Shown piece by piece: positions 49,528-63,458 of a stretch of DNA of 64,000 bases (position 1 is the first letter of the stretch; every line of letters begins with the position of its first letter). The stretch is from Tricharina praecox (Eukaryota), in NCBI RefSeq assembly GCF_024521635.1, contig NW_026250412.1:806001-870000 (forward strand). Reading direction: 5' to 3'. The notes under the pieces are model-generated. The model saw nothing but the letters and a program-made list of their open reading frames with translations. It was not told the origin of the DNA and did no database searches. Position numbers and translations under genes: made by a program.

Positions 49528-52500
49528 CGACCAGCCAGCCGCTCATCGACAGACCTACGGTATGACTTGCGTTAGTTGACTACGGTAGGCATATCATAAT
49601 GGGCGACGATAACCACATATCTACACAACACACAGACAATCCGCTCGCTTAGACATGTAGATATCTACTGTGAGTACATGTGATGTGTGTACTTGCCTAC
49701 TTGTGTACCGACTAACCGAGTACACCCTAGGTACCAGGTACAGCGACCAGTTAGATGCTCGCTCCTGCTCCGGCGTGCAGACCAAGCACCGCCGTGTTGT
49801 GGATACCACATATGGACACTCAACTACCTACTCGCAAGGCGGTTGTTTGCCCGGAACGAGGAACGAGGACGAGGGGGGAACATCAGCCGGCTGGCCGGCC
49901 TGCGGGGATCCCCCTCCCCCAAACGACGATTTATCGATTGATTGAGTGATTGATCGCTCTTGCTCGATACGGACGGATGCTCACGGATTGGGATGCTGAG
50001 CGGATCGGGAACGGAACTTGGAAGAGTAGGCTCTCTCTCTTTCTGTTTCTCTCTCTCTCTCCACTGATGCAGCCGTTGACTAGTTACCGCCGTTCTGCAA
50101 ATTTACATACATACATACGCGGTAGATGGATGGATGGATGGATGGATGGCCTGCGAGGGTGGGTGGGAATGGGGGGGAAAGGCACAGCTGAGGCATAGCC
50201 GCACGATAGGACCTAGAGTACGGTACCGGTACATATGCTGCGCTACGTTACGTGGGGATGGGATCCATACGCCGACAGCAGCAGCACCGGGGAAAAGAAA
50301 GGAAGGGGTGTTGTGTTCGGCACATGGCCTGCGACGACGACGTCCCCGTCGATCGGGGGGTACTCTACATATTTGCATATGTATCAGCAGGACTGGCATC
50401 TACATTCCGGTGTTCTACGTACCACCAGACACGTACGTTCGTTCGTTCGTGTCCCGTCTTTTCCCCAGAAAGATGTCACAAACCGTCACCCAGCTGCTGG
50501 GCTTCGGTCGGTGATTGGACGAGCCGGAGATATCTGTGGAGAGGAGAGGGGTCGGAGGTGAGGGAGAACGAATACTATTACCTACCATAGTCGGTGCATA
50601 CACAGGCAAGTTACATAGCCGTCACTCCAACCGTCCCATGCCCATCCACGGTGGTCCTTAGCCTGTGCGGCAACGCGTACTCTAGGTACGCTACATGATG
50701 AGCATACCACCACCACCACCATCTGGGTCGCCCGAGAATCAGCGCTGCGGCATCTCGTTGGTTGGAGATCCAGCACCCCGGTCGGAGGTGGTCATCACAT
50801 TGCAGCGACAAGGGTCGCCCACCCTAACCACTCTCCACTCGAGAGTCTCCGCTCGGCTGCTGCTGTCCAGTCCTTGAACCACTCAAACCACTCGAACTAG
50901 TGAGCCAGTTGAACTACCTGGACCACCTGGACCACCACCCCTCCCCGCCCCGGTGTGCAGTCTGTACGTTAGGAGATATTTCCTCGTACCTACTTCCGAG
51001 CGATGGATGGATATCTATCATCTATGTGTGCTACAGAGGACACAAGTGCTCTGTATCTCTATCGACGGACGGGCGGACGGACGGACGGGAGCACGGGCAC
51101 GGGCGTGCGTATCACGAAAGCCAACGTGAGCACTCTGCAGCGCTCTCGCGTGATTGACGGACGGGAAGCGCTCCTCGGGCCCTAAGCAGTTAGTTATCGC
51201 GTCTGTCTAACCATCTCCACCGTCTGTCTGTCTGTCTAACCATCTTCCACCCCCTCCCCTCTCTCTCTCTGTCTCTTTCCTTTTTGTTCTCGCAACTTGC
51301 CCGTGCTCACACCTAGAGTAGAGTACCAACCGACCGACCAACTAGTATAGTTACATGGGGGCTCGTTTTTTCTCTCACAGATGTTGGTTGCCGTTCGATT
51401 GATGGGCCGCCAACACCCTCTAAGCGCCCGGGGCTGATGTGGTGTGGGTGGATGGATGGGCTTCCCAGTCAGAACGCGCCCTCGACCTGCGCGCCCAGCG
51501 TCCGTCTCGGACGGCGATGTCTCGCTAAACGGTTAAGCTTCCCTGGATGCCCGCCGCAGTCCTGTTGGTGTGGGAGGTTGATGTTGGTTCTGGTGGTAGT
51601 TGTGGTTGTGGGAGAGGCTTTCCGCTGGCATGCTGCCTGCGGCGTGCGTGCGTGTGTGGAGAGGGTAGACGATGGGCTCCGGCATGCAGGTGGGGGGCGA
51701 CAGCCTGGAGGATGGATGGATGAACGGGGATTGATACCTCGTTACGTGCGGATTCGAGGACTGAGACATACTCGACAGGCGGTGGACGAGGAGGAACACG
51801 AGGAACAGGAGGAGCAAACAGGTCCCGTTACACGCAAGAAGCAATGCAACTTCCCTCCTCATCCTTCTTCTCTTCCTCCTTCATACTCATACTCTTACTC
51901 CTCCCCTCCTTCGGCGGGGAAGCATTGCCACTGCTTCACGTCGCCCAGTGTTGGTTCGTTACTACCAACTACCAACTATCAACGCATCCAACTACTCCGG
52001 TACTCTAGTCTTCTGCAATAGTAATGAGAGGTATCGAAAAAGGGCTGTTCGAAGGCGAAGACCGGCGGGCCAGGGTAGGCAGAACCATGAGAAGAAGAAG
52101 CTCTCCGGGGGGGCATAGCCTGGAAAGAGGGGGCGGGGATTCATGCCGAATTCTCCTCTGCAGCCCACATGAACAACCCCCCCCCCCCCCAATACCACAC
52201 CCCCATGTCCCATGCTCGCGGAATAAAAAAATATATGCAGCCGGGAGCGATATATCTCTACTGCGTAACCCCCCCCTTCCACTTCCTGCTTGCTGTCAGA
52301 CCCTTCAATCGATCGCTCCACCACTTCCGTCGGCATTGTCCCCATCATTCGTTTATCGTCGCAGGAGGGAAAAAACAACAACCGAAAGACTCGAGGATAT
52401 ATTCAGCCCCCAAGGCCCGGAAAGGAAGAAATAAAAACAAAACACAAAAACGAGCAACCGGTGGAAGAGGAAGGAAAATAGGATAATGAGCTGGAGATAA

Positions 52501-52555
52501 ACAACGCGGAAACCGACACCTTCAGCTTCCGCACCCCAGCCCAGCACCCCCCAAG

Positions 52556-54709
52556 ATGTCGGACTTGAATATCAATCCGAATATACTGAACCCGGAGCTC
52601 TACGACGTCAACAACATCGAACTGCAGTCGTATCAGAAGAAGCTGATATGGCCGTGGCGAAGGGGTGACTGGCATGCGTTGGGCTGGGTGTTCTTCATAT
52701 CGGGAATACTCCTCATCTACGGTGCTCTCAACTGGCACGACATCCGGCTCGATTCGAATCGTCTCCGGATCACCATCACCAACAGGCGGATGAAGAACGG
52801 CATAAGGGAGAAGCTGCCGGAGCGGAGTCTGTACGACCGCATATCGACGCATTTCCGGGCGTTCGCCTACCTGCGCTGGCGCCGGGCCGCGTACATCTCG
52901 ATCGGCATGTGCACACTGATCATGGCCGGCTTCATGTACCCGATGCTGTGGGTCTTCACCCAGCGCCCGTACTACTCGCGCTCCCCAGAGCTCGGCCCGC
53001 CGCCGATAGCGGGGAGAGCGGGCATGATCGCTGTGGCTATGATCCCGTTCGTGCTTGCGCTCGGGATGAAGGTCAACTTGGTCAGCTTGGTCACCGGTGT
53101 TGGACACGAGAAGTTGAACGTGCTGCATCGTTGGTTGGGAATCTTGATGGCCATCCTGAGTGCCATCCACGCTATCCCGTACATCGTCGAGCCCGTGGTC
53201 AATGGCGGCTGGGGACAGGCGAAGGAGAAGTTCATGTCCAATATTGTCTACTGGAACGGCGTTGGAGCTTTTGCCTGCTTGTTCTGGCTCACCGCGGCCT
53301 CGGTATCACCCATCAGGTTTGCTCCCTCCGGTGTCCTCCCTGTATGATCGCATAACTGACTCGAGGCAGGAAACTGTGTTACGAGTTCTTCGTCCACATC
53401 CACATCGTTGCCGGCGTGGGCTTCCTCGGCTTGATGTTCTGGCACTGCAACAACATGCTCACCAGCTGGCACTACCTCTTTGCCGGCTTCGCCATCTGGG
53501 TCGGCTGTCTCATCTACCGCCTCTTCTTCAAGACCAATTTCATCCGGGCTTTCTCGGGTGAAATGGCACACTTTACCCGCCTGAGCGACGACGGCATCAA
53601 GATCACCGTGCCGACCACCCTCCGCTGGAGAGCTGGCCAGCATGTCTTTATCCGAATCCCAGGCATCGCCTTCCTCGACAACCATCCCTTCACCGTCGCC
53701 TCGGCTCCAGCCAAGGTGGAGGGCGAGCACAACGACCTCGTGCTCGTCTTCAAGCCCCAGAAGGGCTTCACCAAGAAGGTCTATGACATCTCGCGCAGTG
53801 AGCCCGATAACTCGTTCCGCGTCTATCTCGATGGGCCTTACGGTGGTCTCGCACGACCGCTCGAATCGTTCGAGACGGTGCTGTTGATCTGCGGTGGCTC
53901 CGGTATCACGCCCGTCATCGGCCATCTGTGGGAGCTGTCGGCAAAGATCAGAGCGAAGGAGGCGGTGACGAGGGACGTCCGCCTGATCTGGACTGTCAAG
54001 CACTTTGGTATGGCCCTTTTTCCTCTCCGCTTCCACTTTATATCGGCTAACAGAATTTCCCAGACGCCTTCGAATGGTTCAAGGATGAGATCTCCAAGAT
54101 CGCCCGGTCGATGCCCAAGAACTGCCTCCTGGTCCAATACTACGTGACGCAAGAAACACCTGTGCCCCTGCCTGGGCCATCCTTCCCGCTCTCTGCGACC
54201 CGCGACTGGCCCGCCTCCCCACGCACCCCGTCTACGCCGATGACGCCCATGTTCAACGCCGCCGAGCCGCTCCACGGCGTCCGCGAGATACCCAACGAGA
54301 AGGAATACGAGATGCAAGTGATCGCGCTGCGGAAGGAGCTCGGCCACAGCAACTCGGAGGAAGACATGGCGCAGTCGCCCAGCGGCGAGTCCATCTACGA
54401 GGCCGAGAAGCGACTCAGCAAACTCCCACCGCTGGGCGACGAGGTGCTGCTCGAGTTTGGACGCCCGCCATTGAAGGAGGGCTTGAGACTCTGGTCTGAG
54501 GGCTTTGGGAAGAGGGCCTGCGTTTATGGTATGTTTTTTCCCAAGTTTCTGTTGTGTTGTTTCTTATACTGATTACATTCGGTGCAGTCTGTGGTCCTCC
54601 GGGCATGAAGGTCGATGTCGCAAACGCTGTGGCTGCCATGCAGGCAGATATCTGGACCAGCGACGAGCGGGAAGAGGTCTACCTCCACACCGAGTCGTTC
54701 GGCTGGTAG
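52556..54709 (+). CDS. Ferric/cupric reductase (FRE/NOX superfamily)
   Basis: Heme-ligand motifs LNVLHRWLG..IHA and FFVHIH..FWHC; FAD motif NHPFT; DGPYGG; GGSGIT; VCGPP; HTESFGW*. Introns 53317-53369, 54008-54063 and 54529-54587. Confidence 0.95.
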
Positions 54710-55818
54710 ATGGTAGATCTAAAACCTTGAACACCAACCACCAACACTAATTCACTTCTACATCTTGTACATACAGTTGTACCAACATTATTTTCTTGCC
54801 ATTTTATTTTCTATTCTTATTTTCTTTTTTCCTAGATGGGTCTGGTCTGGGTCTGGGTCTGTTAATAACGGAGGGCGGTCTATCTCTGTCTCTCTCTGTC
54901 TCTCTATGGGTCTCTCTGTCTCTCTCTATCTATGGGTCTTGGGTTTGTGTTTATAGCGATGGTCTCTTTTTTTGGTCTCTTTTTGGGCTCCTTTTTGGGC
55001 GGGGAAGGACGGTGTTAAGAAATCTGGGTTTTTTTAATTTCTATTTTCATTTTCTTTTGTCTGTATTTTTTTTTTCTCGAGAGAGAGTCTTGATCGATGA
55101 TGGTCGATGTTGATCGAATGATGATACCCGTGATACGTATGCGGAGCGTGCGTGGGGGGGTTTTTTTTTAGTTGGGAGTGGGAGTCGGGAGGATGTACTA
55201 CCTAAGTCCTACATGCTTCTTACATGATACATACCGTACATACATTACTTTCTACACAGTCAGCTCCACGCTCAAGGCTGGATTCCAAGCTTAGAGCTCA
55301 GGGCTGGATTCCAAGCTGGATTTCCGAAACATGACGAAGCGATTCAACGACCGAATACGGCGACGAATACGGCGACGGAGATGGTTGCGGAGACGGAGAT
55401 GACTGCGTAGGTAGGTAATCTATTGCATACACAGAGAAAGAAAGGCATTGAATGAGTGAGATGCTCCGTGGAGCCCGAAGCTATGCCGTAACACCCGATC
55501 CCCCCTGCACGGTAATTTAGGTAAGGCAGGCAAGGTAAGGTGAAGCAATGTAGGTAATAGCTCCGGCGTGCGTGCAGCTCATCTAGGTACTCTATTCGGC
55601 GTGCGCTCGCGCATTGAGTATGCGGTGAGTGCACGGCGAGTAGATTGGAGTCTGCGGAGTGCACGGCGAGTAGAGTAGAGTAGAGTACATTCACGCATAC
55701 TTCCTACATGATTCCTACACACTTCCTACACACCTACATACACAACTATATACTTCTTACACACCTACATGATTCCTACATACATAGAGTGCGAGTACGG
55801 GAGGGAGTGCGGGTTCGG

Positions 55819-55857
55819 CACGGGGGCACGGGGGCACGGGGGCACGGGGGCACGGGG
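55819..55857. repeat. (CACGGGGG)x5, G-quadruplex-capable
   Basis: Five G4-5 runs separated by CAC. Confidence 0.9.
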
Positions 55858-56965
55858 TAGGGTGATGCGGGGGAGTGCCGCGATCGGGCGATATGCCGCG
55901 GTCGGGGAGTTTATCTGAGGCCGAGTTTGAGTCTGAGTTTGAGTCTGAATCTAAAGCCGAGGCCGAGGTCGGGGTGTTCTGGAGAGGAAGGGGTTCCGAA
56001 GCCGACAGAACACGGAGATCACTCGGTGGTCGGTGGTCAATGTTCGGAATTCGGTGTTCAAGACTCGCGCTCGCTCGCTCTATGGAATTATCCACCGCTA
56101 TCCACCGCCAGTGCCAGTGCCAGTGCCGACTGGCGGTACTTACATAACCTATCCGGACCGGCGGTGCACGCAGCAGCACCGGTTCGGCGGTTCATCTGCC
56201 GACGTAATACCGTGCTACACAATGCGCCACGTATCTTCCGCCCTAGGGAGAGGATGAAGTGGGGTTTGTTTTTGTTTTTGTCTGCATCCATGCATGCCGG
56301 CTCACTCGCACTGCGAGTGGCACTATTCATCACTCGTTATAGTCCACCGTAGTCGTGACCGCCATGACCTTATGTCTACTCTACTTACAGTATGATCAAG
56401 GCGAGGTGAGATCTATGCTATCGATATACCTCGTATTCATGCATAATCGACCGTTGCTTCATGGTGGGTATAAAACAGTGTCACCTAAGTATCTCACTGG
56501 TATTTGTTTCAAAAAGTAGGTTGGTACTATGCGGCTGTTTCAATTACATGTCGATAGGATAAATCATAAAATACCATCCGCCCCTCCGTTTGATTATAGC
56601 GTGTATGCATATGTCCCGTCCCATCCATCAATGATATCCATTAATCCCAGGCGTCCATCCTATCCATTTCCCAACACCCAAAAGAAGGAAACCAACGAGT
56701 GAGCCACGATGGAAGATGGAACCACTGCCACCCATTCAAAGCGACAACTCCAACGCCGCAACATAATACTGGGCTCGTGAATAACCCTCAAAGTTTAAAC
56801 GCCCTCCATACAAGTAATTAATTAAACTTCAACCCGCCCGAAACGTGACAAAAGCCCATAAAAAGCCCAGCGATCCATCCCAATACACATATAGTACAAC
56901 AGGCCGGGCCTCAAGGAAAAGGAAAAGAAAAACTCCATACGCCATTACCCCCAGTGCTTGCATCC

Positions 56966-59015
56966 CTAATTCACCGCGCCGCCAACCCGTTCGCGTCCTT
57001 TCCGCCGGCCCTTGCCCGTCTTCTTCGATTTCGGCATTGGAGGCATCGCGGACGGCGGCGGAGTTTCCGGCGAGGAGTCGCGAGAACTTACGTCTCTGCT
57101 GAGTTCTGGCACTTCGTCATGTTCGACGTGGTCCAACTCGTTGTTGGGCGATAATGGCGGTGATTGGGGTGTGGGCGTGGGGGTTTCCGCCGAGGAGTCG
57201 TCCTCACCGTCCGAGTCAGGAGGTGTGGGTAGCTGCTGCGGCGCGCGGTAGACAGTGGACTGGGACTCGTCCTCATTCTCACTGGCTGGGAGAGAAGTGA
57301 TCAACGCTTCTATCGGCGGCTCGGCTGCCTCTCGTTCGCGCCGCCGTGCAAGTGCCTCTGCCGAGACGCGCTCGTAGAATAGCATGAATGCGTTTGAAGC
57401 GCCGAGGGCATCTTCCTCATGGCAAGCACTAATCCGGTCAGTGGGGTTGGGGTAGCAAGAGAGGAAGAGCAACTAACATGACCTCGTGATCACTGATCCT
57501 CCACCACCGGTCGGCCCAGCTCCTGTAGGCAACGTAGTGGCCGTTGTGGTGACCGCCGTAGTGGGCGACCACAGCTTGGAGCTCATATACTCCTTCCCCG
57601 CCAGCAGCCATCATATCGTCCTCGACATTCTCATCCTCTTTTCTAGAGTCACTGATCGCTCGACCAGGATTCGTAGAGAGCTGCTCGTGTCTCGTGACGA
57701 CGCCAAGCGCACCCAAGTCGAGAATGGCCGGAAATCTGACAGCAGCATAGTTCTTCCCCACCGTCCCCGTGAGCGGGTCAAACTTGCTCCGGTTGGTGTG
57801 TAGCACCAGCACTTGTGGTGCACGCGCAATCATCACCTGCTTCGTCTTTGTAGACGAGACCTTAAGCGAACCGTCCAGTTTGACGCCAGAAATGCGCGGC
57901 GAGAAATTATCGTCGTCGAGAGCTTCCTCGATAGCTTCGAGGCGCGTAGCGATAGTTTCTATCATCGCTTGCGATGCTTGCGGCGGTGGCGACTTCTCGT
58001 TGTCGCTCTCAGGGTCCGAATTGGTGGGTGATAATGGCGCACGTGGTGCACTTGATAAAGATGCACGGAACTCGATGAGGCGGTCGCGGATCGAAAGGAG
58101 AGTGCATTTGTCGCAGTCCACTTCCGGAATGTTTTCGATTTCGGTGAAACCGTGGAGGCAGTCCTCCAGTGTTGTGGCCCAGGCATTTGGTATTGGTAGC
58201 GACAAGGTCGTAAAGGGCTGCAGAGATATCGATTCGACATATCCACACTTTAAGCATCCGACCCGCTGCGCCAACAGCCCTTCAAAGGGACTCCTCAGCG
58301 AGGTATCTTGCGCCACCATGTAATCCTTCCGCCCTAATATCCCCTCCAACCCCACGGTCGTATCCTGCTTCCTCCGCTCTTCAATAGCCCCAACCTCTTT
58401 CTCCAACACGCCCATCAAGCCCTGGAGAAACTCCTGCGCATCCTGTTGTTCATTAAACATCCAGCCCCGCGTGCCGCCACTAGCCTGCGTGATCAGCGCA
58501 CTCGCAGTCTCGACCTTGGGCCGGTCCGAAACAGTATTCAGCTCCTCGACGAGATCGCCCAGCGCCTCCGCCGTGATCCCATCCTCGATCGCATCCAACC
58601 AGGACTTCAGCCCCTCCAGACTCGCCAGCGCCTGCAGCACCGAATTCTGATAACACGTATTACCCACGTTCCAGAGGCCGCCGACCACGCCACCGCCGCC
58701 GACACGGGGCGGCGCCCGTCCAACTATCGACGCGGCACGGTTCCGGACCTGGCTCACGACCTGTCGCGGCGTCGTCGCAAAGGCGTTTTGTAGGCGTTCG
58801 CGCGCCGCGGGACCGAAGAGGCGACCCGCCATCAGCGCGATGGCGTCGAGTGGCGATGGGAGCGCGAGAAAGTCGGCGAGCAGGAAGTAGATCAGGAGGA
58901 CTCCCCCGACGACGACCGTAGACACCGTAGACAATGCGATGTTGGGCTCGTATTGGTTGTATGCGTATTCTCGAGGTGGTGGACGGTAGTTGTTGCGGAA
59001 CGAGGAGGACGGCAT
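56966..59015 (-). CDS. Ubiquitin-specific protease with N-terminal TM anchor (Ubp1/USP30-like)
   Basis: Hydrophobic N-terminal segment; Cys box GLWNVGNTCYQNSVLQ; QQDAQEF; His box HYGGHHNGHYVAYR..WWRISD; intron 57477-57429; FMLFYER. Confidence 0.93.
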
Positions 59016-59480
59016 TTCGGGAGCGACGCCGTCACACACCGGGGAAATTCGAAGTTATGTTTGCGCGTTGTGTTGCGTTCGCCTTTCACTGGTCTAGTGA
59101 CTTTGGAATGGTACTGATGGTGTAAAGTCAATGAATAGATGCAGTGTGTTCGTCGTGCGTATTTTTGAGCAGCGCGGAAGGGAGTACACGGTGATCAACA
59201 AAGCTGGAGGGAGGTGTGATTGGGGGTAAAGAGACAAGAGACAGAAGAAACAGGGTCTTGATTCGCGTCAAGGAACAGATGTTTACTCTGACTGGAGTAC
59301 AGTCTTTCACATGGGGGAGATCACAAGGGATGTTACTTGTAACACATGTACTAGTAATAGAAATCCGGGTAATGGCCACTTGGCAACGTCTAGCATTTTC
59401 GAAAGCTCCACCGGGCATCACCGCCCGCACACGAGAACACCCCCCCGCCAACCTACCCGTCCACCCATTGCTTGCCCGCC

Positions 59481-60165
59481 ATGGTCCGACCGGTCAAGAA
59501 TGTCGCCAACCACGGCCGTACAATCTTCATCTACAATAACATCCACACCAACCAAGTCGTCTACTCCCTCACGCGAACCTTGAATGTCCGTTCCGTTCCG
59601 CCTCTAGCACTCTCACTCCCGGACGAGACGACAAGAAGCCACTGACCTCGAGAAAACACTTGCGCAGAACAACGATGCACTCAAGCAACTCCCGTTCATC
59701 GCGAAGAAGACGGTTCCTGCCGCGCTCCGAAAGGACCACTGGTCTCCGCTCGCGACTGTGTCCTTCCCCGAGCCCGCGCTCGGCCTCAAGACGTATCACA
59801 AGCTCCGAGAGTTCCGGAAGTTGCACGAGACACAATACGACCCCGTGCTCCTCGAGATGCCAAAGAAGGAGCGCAAGTACGTCATCATGAACCAGAAGGC
59901 GAACTCCATCGCGGATCTGGCCGAGAGCTTGCGCATCGAGATCGCGCGCTCGGCGAGTGAAGGCGTGGCCATCAAGAACGGCGACGTGATGGTGCGCTGG
60001 AGGGATATGTTGGATACGCAGTATGCGGCTGAGTGGCCGGAACTCGTGGGACATGCGGATCAGGGCAGGTCGGACCGGCCGTATATGGCGCCGAAGGTGG
60101 AGCTACCTAAAGTGGAAGCAGTACCGGAAGCGGACGCTCCGAAGGAGGAGGCTGTGACGGTGTAG
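59481..60165 (+). CDS. MHR1: Mhr1 / mitoribosomal protein mL67
   Basis: HGRTIFIYNNIHTNQVVYSL|..LKQLPFIAKKTVPAALRKDHWSP..YHKLREFRKLHE..MNQKANSIADLA..YAAEWP; intron 59586-59667. Confidence 0.9.
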
Positions 60166-60554
60166 AGGATGGGTGGGTGGGATGTGTATATCACTCTTGT
60201 AACAACAGATTTCGGTGGGCACCCTGGAACATCTGTCGCAATTGCAATTGCACGGCACATCAGCTACAACAGCCCGCAATCGTGCCGTATCTCATAGCTA
60301 CATACGAAGTGACGGATGTTTTCGCCGGTTGCTGTTTCCTGCGTCCAATTCCGGCAGGAGAGGGCTGCGCACGTAATCCAGACGTCAAACGTTGACTATC
60401 CAAGCTTTTTATCTGTCCAGCGTGAATATAAGCTCGCAAGGTTAGGGCTAAACGCGGGGTCCAAAATATTTTGTCTGTGCAACGTGCCCATCCCACCTGC
60501 CATCCCACCTGCATCCCACCTCACCAAACCACAACCACCACCACAAACCACACG

Positions 60555-61198
60555 ATGTCGACGCAAGCCCCCATACCCGCCAACCTGACCGCCGCGCAAA
60601 CCCCCAAATGGGAGCTCGGAGTCTCGCTACTCCTCAACTTCTGGCCGCCGTTGACGGACGCGGTAGCGTGCCAGTGGGGCGGCGCCGACAGCAGCGACAA
60701 GCGCGACTGGCTCTGCGGCACCATCGCCGACCTGTGGAGCAGCATTCCGGACGCCGACGAGTACGAGGTCGAGAGCACGCTCGTCCAGGTCATGGAAGAC
60801 GAGTTCGAGGTTGCGCTCGAGGACGACAGCGCTTACGAGGTCCGTCGCACTGCACTCCTTAGGAAGGAAGGAAGGAAGCCGAAAGCTAATTCTGTGATGG
60901 GGGATAGGTCGCGAAGAAAGTCGTCGACCTGCGGAGGCAGATCGCTGAAGACAACTTCTCTGCCGTCGACGCGCTGCATCAGCGGTTCCTGTCGAAGCCG
61001 AGGGGACAGATGATCTTGCCGCCGAGGGTGGAAGCCGTCGATCAGGATGCTGGCTCGAGTGATGAGGAGGACGACGACGAGGATGACGATGAGGAGATGG
61101 GTGATGCGCCTGCTGCTGCTGCGCCTGCGCCGAAGGAGAGAGAGGAGCCCGAGGTCGATCAGGATGGTTTCGAGACTGTGAGGAGGCGCAAGAGGTAG
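60555..61198 (+). CDS. TSR2: Pre-rRNA processing / eS26 escortin Tsr2
   Basis: WPPLTDAVACQWGGADSSDKRDWLCGTI..QVMEDEFEVALEDDS (WGG domain); acidic tail and PEVDQDGFETVRRRKR; intron 60840-60907. Confidence 0.93.
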
Positions 61199-61381
61199 TG
61201 GCCTTAATCGGCCACTGGGGGTCTTCGATACGGATGTGAGGGTACTTCTATGGGCGTTATGGGGCAATAAAAGTGTATAGAAACGAACGTATTCCATTGG
61301 GGTGGTTGTTACTGTGCAGTGGGTTTGTGACCAGGCGCCACACGGTATATATGCTACTAATAGTTGCCAAAGATATCACTC

Positions 61382-61462
61382 GATTCAGTAGTGTAGGGGT
61401 ATCATGGGCGCTTGCCAACCAGCATTCTGCGCCCGACCCGGGTTCAAATCCCGGCTGAATCA
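61382..61462 (+). tRNA. tRNA-Gly(GCC) with 10-nt intron, second copy
   Basis: Identical to 42647-42727 except for the first intron base (A vs T); flanks are unrelated; TTTT downstream. Confidence 0.9.
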
Positions 61463-61996
61463 ATCATTTCTTTTGTTCTTCAACTCTTTTTGATGCGAGT
61501 GATGGCATCCAGGCGGGAGCAATAGCCAGTCTTTTGCATGGCTCTTCAAGCAGCGGTGGCTGCCAGACTGGTCGTGATGGACGAAGGAAATAGTTGGACG
61601 ATTCTTGATCAGCGGAGGACTTCCTACTCTACGGGCGGGCACCCACTTGGTCGGCGAGGGGATTCTGCTACGGGATTGTACTAGCCGTCTAGATGAGTTT
61701 GGAGCCAACTCGAACATCCCGAAAGCCCCAGACGCCAGTGTCAGTGTCAGTGTTTGAACCCCCGTGGGCCGTGGACGACAAACAGCTCAACAGCTCGATC
61801 AACATGCCCCCCCTCCTCCTCCGTGGCTCATGTAGACCCTCACCCGCCCCGCCCCGTCTGCATATAAACGGACAGATCTTCCTCTCCTCACAGGTAGTCA
61901 AGCATTAACTAAAGCATTAACTAGTAGATATCAGCCTTCAGGAACCCCCCCACACACACAGCCAGAACAGCCATCTAACAATCCATCCAACCAACC

Positions 61997-62043
61997 ATCC
62001 ACCAAGATCCACCAAGATCCACCAAGATCCACCAAGATCCACC
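61997..62043. repeat. (CACCAAGATC)x4 abutting the LPMO start codon
   Basis: 10-bp units ending in CCACC-ATG. Confidence 0.9.
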
Positions 62044-63127
62044 ATGCGCATTCCCTCCTCCCTCCTCCCGCTCCTCCCGCTCCTCCTGCTGCTACCACTA
62101 GTCTCCGCCCACGCCCGCATCAAGTACCCACCCCCGATCGGCGCGCCCGCCGAGGCGCCCGAAGCGAACGCCTACAACGCCCCACTAGCCGCGGACGGCA
62201 GCCAATTCCCATGCAAAGGCCTGCACAAGTCCGCCTTGCTCTCCACGTCCGCAACGACCAAGTGGACCGCGGGTGAGAGCGCATATTTCGAGTATCTTCC
62301 CACCCCCCCTTCCCACCCTCCCCCGTCCACTTTCACTAACCCCCCTTAGAATCCTCGGCCACTTAATCCCAGGGGCCGAAGGCGCGCTAGCCGCGCACTC
62401 TGGCGGAAGCTGCCAAGCGAGCCTCTCCTTCGACGGCGGTGTTACCTGGAAAGTGCTGCACTCGTATATCGGCGGGTGTCCGCGCGGTGTGCCGCTCGGC
62501 AGCAACCTGTCCACCGATCCCGACCAGAGATTCAACTTTGTTATCCCCGCGAATACGCGTGCGGGTCCGGCGCTTTTCGCATGGACGTGGATCGCGGTCA
62601 CGGGGAATAGGGATGAGTTTTACATGAATTGCGCGAAGGTGGAAATTCAAGGCGGGGGTGGGGATGGGGGGGATATGTTGGAGGAGAGCCCGGATATGTT
62701 CCTCGGCGATATGAACGTACAGGGACACATTGGCCAGGGCCAGTGTAAGAGCACCCCTGGGGCGGCGCTGAGGTATCCGAACCCTGGGGAGGAGGTTACC
62801 GAACGGCTGGTTGAGGGTATACCATTTAAGCTGCCGACTGATGGGAAGTGCTTTGCTCCTGGGAGTAAGGGTACGGGTACGGGTATGGGTGAGGGTACGC
62901 CCGTCAAGGATAAGGATGGCATGGCAGGACCGAGGCCGACGGCGAGCTCGGCGGAGAGTGCCGCTACGAGTGAGGGGGCCGCGGCGGGAACTTCCACGGC
63001 TGATATTGAGGCGTCTGCGCTGCCGACGCCGAAGCCGAAGCCGTCCGGAGAGGTTAAGCTTCCCAGTGTCAAAATCGAAGTGGACGAGAAGGCTGGAACG
63101 TGCAATTGCACTTGTCAGATAGAGTAG
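62044..63127 (+). CDS. Secreted lytic polysaccharide monooxygenase, AA11-like
   Basis: Signal peptide ending VSA followed by His1; FPCKG; AAHSGGSCQASLSFD; VLHSYIGGCP; LFAWTW..GNRDEFYMNCA; intron 62292-62349. Confidence 0.88.
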
Positions 63128-63304
63128 GCAAGTACCGTAGGTATGTAGGGTTGAGTCGCGTCGTGATTGGATTATCTAGATGTATCTATACTATTTACTA
63201 GTGCTCTAGGTACACAAGGCTGAAGGCGATCATCCACGATTACAACCTGTCGGCCGGCTCCGACACTCACAGCCACCGAACGACCCACCATGAAGCGCAG
63301 TCAA

Positions 63305-63458
63305 CCTTACTTACCTTACCTTACTTACCTTACTTACCTTACTTACCTTACTTACCTTACTTACCTTACTTACCTTACTTACCTTACTTACCTTACTTAC
63401 CTTACTTACCTTACTTACCTTACTTACCTTACTTACCTTACTTACCTTACTTACCTTA
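63305..63458. repeat. 9-bp tandem repeat (CCTTACTTA)n, about 16-17 units
   Basis: 15 perfect units at 63319-63453 plus flanking copies. Confidence 0.97.
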
